A stretch of DNA of 64,000 nucleotides from Reichenbachiella sp. Lineage in GTDB: Bacteria; Bacteroidota; Bacteroidia; Cytophagales; Cyclobacteriaceae. Position 1 is the first letter of the stretch. Every line of letters begins with the position of its first letter. The position numbers were made by a program, and so were the translations under genes. Below are positions 1 through 8,034 of the stretch, in pieces. Below the pieces are notes generated by a model. The model was given only the letters and a program-made list of their open reading frames with translations, was not told the origin of the DNA and searched no databases. The stretch covers positions 66,541-130,540 of the forward strand of contig JAGDZN010000011.1 in the NCBI GenBank assembly GCA_049115835.1. Direction: 5' to 3'.

Positions 1-2
1 TC

Positions 3-1004
3 TTGATCAAAACGGGAAAAACAATCGCCGTAATCGGCTCTGGTCCTGCGGGATTAGCAGCCGCTGATCAATTGAGTAAGGAAGGGCATGATGTCACTGT
101 TTTTGAAAGAGACACTCAACCGGGTGGATTGTTAAGGTTTGGAATTCCAGATTTCAAATTGGAGAAATCTGTCGTTGAAAGACGAGTAGATTTAATGAAA
201 GCTGCTGGAGTAAAATTCGAATGTGGAAAAGAAGTCGGAAAGGACATCGATGCGAAACAGCTGGAAAAAGATTTTGATGCTATTGTAATCACCACAGGTG
301 CAACAGTTGCAAGAGATCTTCCTATACCCGGTCGAGATCTTGATGGCATTCATTTAGCCATGAAGTTTTTGAAAAATTCTAACAAAGTAGTTTCTGGGGA
401 GGATGCTAAAGTAGAAGATGAAATGAATGCTAAGGGTGCCAATGTGGTTGTCATTGGTGGTGGAGATACTGGCTCGGATTGTGTAGGTACTTCGATTCGT
501 CAAGGAGCTGAAAGTGTCACTCAGATAGAGCTTTTGGATAAGCCCTCCGATGAAAGAGAAGAAAACAATCCATGGCCAGAATGGCCTATGATTTTACGTA
601 CCTCTACATCGCAGAAAGAAGGAGCAGAAAGAAACTGGTCGATATTGACGAAAGAATTTGTCGGTAATGACAAAGGCGAATTGACAGGATTGAAAGTAGT
701 TGATGTGGAATGGACGGACAAATCGAAATTTCAATTCAACGAAATCGAAGGAACCGAAAAAACTATTCCTTGTGAAAGGGCTTACTTAGCTATAGGGTTT
801 CTAGGTCCTCAAAAGGAAGGTCTTTTAGAACAATTAGGAATCGAGACTGATCAACGCTCCAATATTATCGATACAATGTATCAGACCAATAAGAGCCATG
901 TATTTACGGCGGGTGATTGTCGCAGAGGTCAGTCTTTAGTGGTATGGGCAATCAGTGAAGGGCGAAAGGCAGCTTATTCTGTCAATAAGTATTTGACAAA
1001 ATAG
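3..1004 (+). CDS. gltD: Glutamate synthase small (beta) subunit, 5'-truncated by the window edge
   Basis: GSGPAGLAAA Rossmann motif, GGLLRFGIPDFKLEK, VIGGGDTGSDC, C-terminal AGDCRRGQSLVVWAISEGR. Confidence 0.95.
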   Translation: MIKTGKTIAVIGSGPAGLAAADQLSKEGHDVTVFERDTQPGGLLRFGIPDFKLEKSVVERRVDLMKAAGVKFECGKEVGKDIDAKQLEKDFDAIVITTGATVARDLPIPGRDLDGIHLAMKFLKNSNKVVSGEDAKVEDEMNAKGANVVVIGGGDTGSDCVGTSIRQGAESVTQIELLDKPSDEREENNPWPEWPMILRTSTSQKEGAERNWSILTKEFVGNDKGELTGLKVVDVEWTDKSKFQFNEIEGTEKTIPCERAYLAIGFLGPQKEGLLEQLGIETDQRSNIIDTMYQTNKSHVFTAGDCRRGQSLVVWAISEGRKAAYSVNKYLTK

Positions 1005-1185
1005 ATAAAATTTAAACACTTAACTCAACTATAAAGAACAGCCTTTGAGAAAAGGCAAAAGACAATAAGTAGTTTCTCTATTGTAGTTGAGAAGGACTTC
1101 AAATAAGATACGGGAGTCATTTTTTGGATGATTTTTAATCCTAGTCAGATGAAGAATCAAATGGGTTGATCAAACAACTTAATCT

Positions 1186-1223
1186 AAACCCTCGGGATAG
1201 TAGTTTTCCCCCGAGGGTTTTTT
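1186..1223 (+). terminator. Rho-independent terminator
   Basis: aaaccctcggg (1186-1196) pairs with cccgagggttt, followed by further Ts; lies ~180 nt after the gltD stop. Confidence 0.8.
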
Positions 1224-1289
1224 AATGGTTCATTTAGTATAAGACACATCCCCTAAAAGAGGGATTTTTCAAAGTCTCGTCAAGAAATT

Positions 1290-1323
1290 TTTGATTCCCC
1301 CCCCCCCCATTTTTTTATAATTG
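1290..1323 (+). promoter_or_regulatory. Putative Bacteroidota sigma70 promoter with a C12 homopolymer in the -33/-7 spacer
   Basis: TTTG at 1290-1293, 12 Cs at 1297-1308, TATAATTG at 1316-1323 (one mismatch to TAnnTTTG), ATG at 1350. Confidence 0.55.
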
Positions 1324-1349
1324 GGACATTATTAATCAAATCTACTTTT

Positions 1350-3098
1350 ATGACCAGCCTAAGAACATCGATACTTATTGTTATTGCCACACTACTATTT
1401 TCATCATGTGACAAAACGGATGAGGACTTGCTAATTAATAAAGAACCTGATATCACTATTGAATCTATTATCCCCAATGATGACAGTAATTTACTATCAA
1501 TATTAGCTAATTTCGGAAGCGTAGATTCAAACGCAAAAATGTTAGATTCAGGATTCGGCAACATTTCTCTAGACGAAGCTATCAAGGTAACAAACCCTTA
1601 TCGAAATCTCGAAAGATATTCGTTGCTCATCAAGAGCGATAATAATTCATTTGGTTTTGAAAACTTGGTGCTGCGGGAAATCGAAGGAGAAGTTTTGCCT
1701 TACATCATTAAGTTCGATCCAGATCTTCACTGGTTGTATCAAAATGAAGGTGTATTTGACATTACAACACTTACTGGAGAGCTCGCCATTCTAAATTTGG
1801 ATAGAGCCTTGCTTTTTGAAGCAAGTTACATAAATGGGCGTGGCTACAACATTCGTGACTATTTAATGAACAGTTCCAGTGGTCGTATTAATTGTGGAGG
1901 ATCTTCTGGAACTGGTGGAGGAAGCTCAGGTGGCCCATCTGGAGGAGGAGTTGGAAATACAGGAGGGACAGGAGGCTCTGGCAATACGGGCGGATCCACT
2001 GGCAACAATGGATCAACTTCGGGTTCTGGTGGTTCAAGTTGTGTGTGGGGTACTACAGCAACAGGAGGCATTTTCATAGACTGTCGTGAACAAAATATGG
2101 GATTGCATTTCTTTAAAACTCTGTGTGACCCATACGGATATGTAGATTTAAATGATTGTGCGGTGGGAGACTGCCCTATCGATCCAATTGGAATTCTACC
2201 TAGACAGCCAATCAATTTATCTGAGCTAATAAAAGCTACAAGAATAATCACCCTTACTCAATTAATCCAAGATGACCCATTTGCATTAATTGAAAATTGT
2301 GATCAGATAGAGCAGTGGCAAGAACTTGTGCAACATAATGTGCCCGGTACAGTTTTACAAAAGCTTGAATTCTTACAATCAGCCAATAATAGCGTATTTG
2401 GAGGAGATTGGAATGTGCAGAACATTAATGATGCCGAAGGTCCTGTTGTCAATATGGATTATTTCTCCGTACGAGTCACTCAATTGCCAAAAAACCCTGA
2501 TACTGGTCAAAGCTTCGCTCCTGACTCATTTTTTAACCACGTCAGAAAAAACCTTGATGATTTCCTTGAAGGAAATTCTACAGAATTCGGCTCATATAAT
2601 TCTGCTGAAGATGATTTATGGAAATCCAATGACTACCTTGGAGCCATAATGAGATTTGAAATTAAACCTGAGATTCTTGGAGGAACAATTCCTGCTTCAC
2701 AAGATGGTACTGTAATTTGCTCAGACAAGAACAATAAGAGCTGGAAATTCACAACACTAGAATCCCCAGATGACTGGAACCATCCGGTGAGTGGGCATAG
2801 AGAGTTTGGATTGGTTACGAATGCTGATGGTTCCTATACTTTTTATACCAGAGGTGTAGATCGTGTAGCTGAAGCATTTGATCAGTTTGCAGGAGATTTA
2901 CCTTTTGGTCAAACTGCTTTTGAAGGAGCTGATAAGCTTTGGACCACATTTCAGAATAATCTAGAATCTTATATCAATGCCCCAGGTAGAAATGGATTCG
3001 CTCAAATCGAAACTCCTAAAATTGATAGAACAGATTGGGATAAAATCGATTCTATCTTGAAAGGAGAAACTCCTGTTGCTGAAATAGGATGTGACTAA
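1350..3098 (+). CDS. Lipoprotein with Gly/Ser-rich linker and uncharacterised C-terminal domain (DUF1990-like motif)
   Basis: Lipobox LFSS-C; 48-aa G/S/T/N linker (nt 1896-2039); C-terminal HPVSGHREF...DGSYTFYTRGVDR motif. Confidence 0.75.
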   Translation: MTSLRTSILIVIATLLFSSCDKTDEDLLINKEPDITIESIIPNDDSNLLSILANFGSVDSNAKMLDSGFGNISLDEAIKVTNPYRNLERYSLLIKSDNNSFGFENLVLREIEGEVLPYIIKFDPDLHWLYQNEGVFDITTLTGELAILNLDRALLFEASYINGRGYNIRDYLMNSSSGRINCGGSSGTGGGSSGGPSGGGVGNTGGTGGSGNTGGSTGNNGSTSGSGGSSCVWGTTATGGIFIDCREQNMGLHFFKTLCDPYGYVDLNDCAVGDCPIDPIGILPRQPINLSELIKATRIITLTQLIQDDPFALIENCDQIEQWQELVQHNVPGTVLQKLEFLQSANNSVFGGDWNVQNINDAEGPVVNMDYFSVRVTQLPKNPDTGQSFAPDSFFNHVRKNLDDFLEGNSTEFGSYNSAEDDLWKSNDYLGAIMRFEIKPEILGGTIPASQDGTVICSDKNNKSWKFTTLESPDDWNHPVSGHREFGLVTNADGSYTFYTRGVDRVAEAFDQFAGDLPFGQTAFEGADKLWTTFQNNLESYINAPGRNGFAQIETPKIDRTDWDKIDSILKGETPVAEIGCD

Positions 3099-3507
3099 TT
3101 ATATGATCATGAAAGCATTTATTCGTTCGGTCGTATTGAGTATTATGATTTTGTCTGCACATATTCTAATGGGATTATTATATACCTGGATAGCTAATGT
3201 TGAATATGGAGGGTTTTATGGATTAATGGGAGGGCTATTATATTACTTGGTTTTCGCTTATTGGGCATACCTTCTGTTGTCATTGTTATTCGTTTCTTGG
3301 GTTAAAAATCATAATGGAAGAAAAGACAGGTACTTAAAGGCGACCTTGGTATTGGTTGTTGGATATTTCTTTTCCAGAATTCCAGATATTATTGATTCTG
3401 ATTTCTTTACTCATTTTTCTATATCAGGATTATTAATTTTTATAGCTCTAATACCCGTATTAGTAGAATGTGAGTTGTACTTGCATAAGTTAAATGATAG
3501 CAATTGA
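3091..3507 (+). CDS. Small multi-pass membrane protein, coupled to the upstream lipoprotein gene
   Basis: About four hydrophobic segments in 138 aa; GTG start overlaps the upstream stop, in-frame ATGs at 3103 and 3109. Confidence 0.75.
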   Translation: MTNYMIMKAFIRSVVLSIMILSAHILMGLLYTWIANVEYGGFYGLMGGLLYYLVFAYWAYLLLSLLFVSWVKNHNGRKDRYLKATLVLVVGYFFSRIPDIIDSDFFTHFSISGLLIFIALIPVLVECELYLHKLNDSN

Positions 3508-3722
3508 CCAAGAAAGGTAGGAACAATTTCAAGTCTGCATTATATGTAGATACTATTTATTGAAATTGAAATAAGAAATGAACAGCTTAAATGTTGAACC
3601 ATTAATTAATCATTGTATTCTCAATATTAATTTTGTATTGAATTCAACAATCGTGAAGTTATTCTGACTATGAATTTCAAAGTTTCAGATTTTATAGACT
3701 TAGTTCGAAAAAAATACAGATC

Positions 3723-4760
3723 ATGGCTACACTTTTAAAAGTTACCACTCTTAGTCTCATTGCCTTAATCGGTGGATTTCATTTCACGTTATATGCTGAC
3801 ATCATCATAGAATATCAGGTCACCCCTCATCAGGATCAGCCTTTGGTAGATAAAAGCCTCATTCTGCCCGAAAGAATCATTATGAGTTTCAATGAGGACA
3901 ATGTCAGAATTCAAAAGGTGGGTCATCAACCTTACAGTTCCTTTGACCTCTATACCTTTGGCCACCGCTCTTTTTATAACTGTGTAGAATTCATGGGACA
4001 AAAGAAAGCCTTTAGGCATGATCCCGAATATTACAATATCACTTCAGTGAGTGATAGCACTTTCAAAGTGCTGAGTATACCCTGCAGTAAAGCTATTGGC
4101 TATATGGATGAGAAAAAAATCGAGATTTATTATACGGATATTTATGGTGCGAATTTTCATCCAAATGCAGACATTGATGGCATTGCACTTATGTATACCG
4201 TGGAGGATAAGGTTTTTGGCAAAATCACCTATCTCGCAACAAAAATCATGGTCGATTCGATCCCGAAAGAAATGTTTAGTAAAAATGAGTACGTCATTAC
4301 TAAAACAACTGAATTGGACGTTGGCACGGGCAAACTAAATAAAAAGTTTCCCGCTGTATCGCTGAAGAATCTTGAGGGTGAAAAGTTTAAATATGTTCCC
4401 GACACCACACAATTTACTGTAATTAACTTTTGGTTTGGAGGATGCAGACCCTGCATCATGGAAATACCCTACCTTAACACTTTGGTTAAACAACACAATA
4501 AACAGCCAGTTAATTTTATGGCAATTTCTTTGGACAAGCCAGACCAACTATCAAAGTTCCTGAACAATCATTCATTTTTATATGAACATTTCTCGGAAGG
4601 AAAGAATGCAGCCAAAAAACTTGGCATTCAGGCGTATCCTGCACATTTCATTATTGATCAGCATGGTAAGATTATTTACGAGAGTAGTGGTTATAACGCT
4701 CTATCAGTTTATGACCTTGCTTCAAAACTTGATAGTCTTTTGCTAACTTCAAATGACTGA
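3723..4760 (+). CDS. TlpA/ResA-family thioredoxin-like protein with additional N-terminal domain
   Basis: C-terminal VINFWFGGCRPCIMEIP (CxxC) and AYPAHFIID; N-terminal signal-like segment. Confidence 0.8.
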   Translation: MATLLKVTTLSLIALIGGFHFTLYADIIIEYQVTPHQDQPLVDKSLILPERIIMSFNEDNVRIQKVGHQPYSSFDLYTFGHRSFYNCVEFMGQKKAFRHDPEYYNITSVSDSTFKVLSIPCSKAIGYMDEKKIEIYYTDIYGANFHPNADIDGIALMYTVEDKVFGKITYLATKIMVDSIPKEMFSKNEYVITKTTELDVGTGKLNKKFPAVSLKNLEGEKFKYVPDTTQFTVINFWFGGCRPCIMEIPYLNTLVKQHNKQPVNFMAISLDKPDQLSKFLNNHSFLYEHFSEGKNAAKKLGIQAYPAHFIIDQHGKIIYESSGYNALSVYDLASKLDSLLLTSND

Positions 4761-4792
4761 GCTAGAAAAAGTTGTGAGTTTGATAATTTTCG

Positions 4793-6088
4793 ATGATTAA
4801 AACTGCCTTGTTTTATCCGTTGATTTGGGCACTATATCTCATTTCATCTGAGCTTTATGCTCAGAACACGTACACAGTCATTATCGATCGAGATTATCAG
4901 TTTCAGCACGATGCAGATAGTCTTTGGATTATGAGTTTTTTACCCAAAAGCATCACTAATCGTCAACGAGTGATCAATTACCGTTTTTCACCTGTGATTC
5001 CACCTATAGAAGATATTGAAAATAGTAGGTGCTTTCGTCTAGTTTTATTTGATGATGAGATCAAAAAGTCATACAGGTTTCATGCCGAATTTGACATTGA
5101 AATATTCGATTATGATTTGGCAGAAGCCCTCTACATCAAAGACGGATTAGACGATACATTGAACTTAAGCCAATACCTAGAGCCAGAAAGCTTTATTAAT
5201 AGTGATAGGAAAAAGTTTAAAAAGTTGGTGAGCACTTTTGATGATTCAGAAATCATCGCTGTGCGACAAATAATGGAGTACGTTCGAAAAAAAATCAATT
5301 ACAAAATTCAGCAATACGGCGACTTGGGTGCCAACAAATCTCTCGCCCTTCGCGAGGGAGATTGCTCGGAGTATTCTGACCTCATGGTCTCAATATGTCG
5401 AGCCAAAGGCATTCCTTCCAGAACAGCTATTGGCAAAGTGGCTCAAACGTCTATTAACCCAAATCATGCATGGGTTGAAGCTTACCTGAAAGGAATAGGT
5501 TGGGTGCCCTTTGACCCAACTGCTGTTGAATCCAGTGGGCTTGAAAGAATTGAAGAACTAACTGCACCTTACATATATTACTCTTTTGACAGAATTGATA
5601 AATACCTCGGATCTTTCACTGCAAATTCTTGGTATTACACCAATGGTACTACTGATGCGAGATAATTTGTTAAAGTAATACAGGATAAGATCCATATTTT
5701 TCAGGAAGCAGCAGAATTTTATAATTCTCATCAATATGATTCTGCCATTTATTTGCTCGACGAACTCATCACGTTTGATCTAGCCAATACCAAGTATATA
5801 ACTTTTAAAGGCATGGCTTTTGCCCGACAAGGAGAATTTGAAAGGGCACATAATTATTTTCAATTGGCCATTGCACAGGCCAAACATGGTATGCAAAAAA
5901 GAGACGTCTACTACTCATATGCTAACTACCATGCTCTAAACTGAAACAAAGAATATTGTCTTTCCTTTCTCAGGAAGTCCTTTGAATTAGGTTTTAGAAA
6001 CTTCGAGCATGTTAAAAGTGATGAAGATTTAGTGAGTGTTAGGGATTCAAAAGAATTTGAAGCTTTGTTGACAGAATTCGAAAATTAA
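4793..6088 (+). pseudogene. Transglutaminase-like protein with C-terminal TPR region, interrupted by in-frame TAA (5663-5665) and TGA (5942-5944)
   Basis: Catalytic triad motifs GDCSEYS, HAWVE, FDPT in 4793-5665; the same frame continues through TPR-like 5666-5941 and a TPR-end-type tail NKEYCLSFLRKSFELGFRNFEHVKSDEDLVSVRDSKEFEALL to TAA at 6086-6088. Confidence 0.75.
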
Positions 6089-6166
6089 TGAACGTATCAA
6101 TTTATTGAATTGTTATGCTCTACTAATGCTCCATTTTGGTGAAAAGATGTACGGAAAGAATGTGAA

Positions 6167-6913
6167 TTACTCTTTTTCTTCGTCCAGAGTTTTGAGGTAA
6201 TTGATTACTTGCCCTTTTGATTTTTGAGAGAGATCATATACATACATATGATCTACTGTTGTTAAGTCCAGTCCAAGATAATGAATAAAATCAATCATGT
6301 AGTAGTCATCTATTTTCTCTCCATTTAAAGCCAATGTATCACGCATTTTTTTCTTTACTCTTTCAACGAATAAAGCATCTTGAACTCCTTGCTTGCCTTC
6401 TACATAAGCTCTTTTCTCTTCTTTGTAACTTTTGCTTACCAATCGATATACAGCAGTTGCCGGCATAAAAATCGATCCGCCTACGCCCAATCGATAATTT
6501 TCTCCTCTTGGGTTTTCAGGGTACTTGATACCTGTAATTCTGTGAACGCTCTTTTCTGGTGAAATCAATATGGATTGAGCTTGAAATTTAGCATTGATTG
6601 ACACACCATCTAGTTCAATTGAACGAGGCTTCATAGCAATCAACATGTCTTGGACTTGTAAAGAATCATCGATTATTAAAGTCAATGAATCATAGCCAAT
6701 CATTGAAAAATGTAAGGTATCCGAATATCCTACTGATATATTAAAATTTCCATCTATGTCAGATACTTCTCCTATTCTGATGCTAGAAAAGATGTGTACT
6801 CCTTGTAGTGACTCCAGGGATTCACTATCTACAATAGCACCATGAATTTTTACTTCCTGAGCAAATGCTTCATGTATAGAGAGAATGATAATCAGAGTAG
6901 CTAAATATCGCAT
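6167..6913 (-). CDS. Carboxypeptidase-regulatory-like (CarboxypepD_reg) domain protein
   Basis: Signal peptide then IHGAIVDSESLESLQGVHIF...SDIDGNFNI...LHFSMIGY pattern. Confidence 0.75.
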   Translation of the reverse strand: MRYLATLIIILSIHEAFAQEVKIHGAIVDSESLESLQGVHIFSSIRIGEVSDIDGNFNISVGYSDTLHFSMIGYDSLTLIIDDSLQVQDMLIAMKPRSIELDGVSINAKFQAQSILISPEKSVHRITGIKYPENPRGENYRLGVGGSIFMPATAVYRLVSKSYKEEKRAYVEGKQGVQDALFVERVKKKMRDTLALNGEKIDDYYMIDFIHYLGLDLTTVDHMYVYDLSQKSKGQVINYLKTLDEEKE

Positions 6914-6990
6914 TCAGGATCATTAAGTAGGACCATCTTACTTCTTAAATGCAATTATTTCAGAACAAGGTGCCTATATCAAAAAAGCGA

Positions 6991-7404
6991 TTATTTTAAA
7001 AAAGCGCGAACCTTATTTCTAAGTAAATCTTTTTCTTTTTTTATCACCAGATTTTTATGCACATGGGGATACATCTCCATAACCGCCCCCATACCATAAC
7101 CAAGCTTTACCGCAATTTGATTACAATAATCTATTTCCGCATTGAAGATTTCATCATCGGCTTTCATCAATTGAATGATGGAAAAAAGAAATTCGAATTT
7201 TTCATCTGCTGTCAAATCATCCAATGAGCCTAAGGTGCCAGGATTGTCTATAATTCCTTGTATTTCACTATCCTCCATCTTATTAGCGCGACCCACTCTA
7301 AAGATTAGGTTTAGTTCACTTTCGTCAATGGTCTCGTCGCTTTTAGCTAGTAATGTTAATGCAGTAAGTTGTTCAATGACCATGACCTTGAGAATTGTAA
7401 GCAT
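6991..7404 (-). CDS. TerB-family (tellurite resistance-like) protein
   Basis: LAKSDETIDESELNLI and IQLMKADDEIFNAEIDYC helical repeat pattern; real start probably the MVIEQ ATG. Confidence 0.7.
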   Translation of the reverse strand: MLTILKVMVIEQLTALTLLAKSDETIDESELNLIFRVGRANKMEDSEIQGIIDNPGTLGSLDDLTADEKFEFLFSIIQLMKADDEIFNAEIDYCNQIAVKLGYGMGAVMEMYPHVHKNLVIKKEKDLLRNKVRAFLK

Positions 7405-7451
7405 ACAAGGTAACTTTTTAAAAAAGTTTTTTCAACTTTTAGGTTGCCTTT

Positions 7452-7943
7452 TTATTTAGTCAAGAAAAGAAAAACATCCTCTACCAACTGGAGTTTCATT
7501 TTATCAGAAGACGACTCTTTTATGATGTAAGGAATTCCGAATTCATCACCATCATTCGTCAAGTTTAAAGTATCGCCACTCAAAGACCAATTCAGTGTAT
7601 GCTCTAGTGTATCCGTTCCGAATATACAACCTTCGTAACCATAGGCATGTACGGTGATTTTACCATCAGATTTAATATTCATTTTACCATTCATGGTCAA
7701 ATTAATACTGGGATCAGGAGCTGCTCCTTTTTCAGGATAGGTTATCCATTGAACGTTCCACTCGCCCACGACGGAATTTGTTTTTTCTTTAGAAGATTGG
7801 CAAGCACTTAAGAAAAAAAGGATGCCAAAACATAAAAGTAGCGCTGAGTTTTTCATTGTTATTGTGATCGTTTCAAGCTGCAAATTAACTCGTATTTTCT
7901 CTTGGACAAAAAGATTTATGAATGTGCAAAAGTATTTGATCAC
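7452..7943 (-). CDS. Lipocalin-like lipoprotein
   Basis: Likely start at MKNSALL; lipobox LSA-C; VVGEWNV motif and beta-rich body. Confidence 0.65.
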   Translation of the reverse strand: MIKYFCTFINLFVQEKIRVNLQLETITITMKNSALLLCFGILFFLSACQSSKEKTNSVVGEWNVQWITYPEKGAAPDPSINLTMNGKMNIKSDGKITVHAYGYEGCIFGTDTLEHTLNWSLSGDTLNLTNDGDEFGIPYIIKESSSDKMKLQLVEDVFLFLTK

Positions 7944-7982
7944 TCAATTCATACATTACTTTTTATTATGCCCTAGAGAACA

Positions 7983-7990
7983 TAAATTTG
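7983..7990 (+). promoter_or_regulatory. Putative -7 promoter box for carB
   Basis: TAAATTTG matches TAnnTTTG exactly, 45 nt upstream of the carB ATG; no clear -33 box. Confidence 0.45.
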
Positions 7991-8034
7991 CGCCAATTTG
8001 AACTCATCGAAAATTAAGATATAAACGCCCCCCA

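Noticed and set aside
1021-1125. Known riboswitch (c-di-GMP, glutamine, TPP, cobalamin, SAM) downstream of gltD
   Set aside because: None of the diagnostic conserved nucleotides I know for these classes are present; kept only as a generic structured-RNA candidate
1896-2039. Gly/Ser linker as a DNA tandem repeat or contingency locus
   Set aside because: Codons vary with no exact DNA unit, so it is low-complexity protein sequence rather than a slippage tract
5942-5990. Selenocysteine or genetic-code-25 recoding of the in-frame TGA
   Set aside because: The TGA aligns to Gly rather than Cys, only a weak hairpin follows, the other interruption is TAA, and other genes in the window terminate normally at TGA
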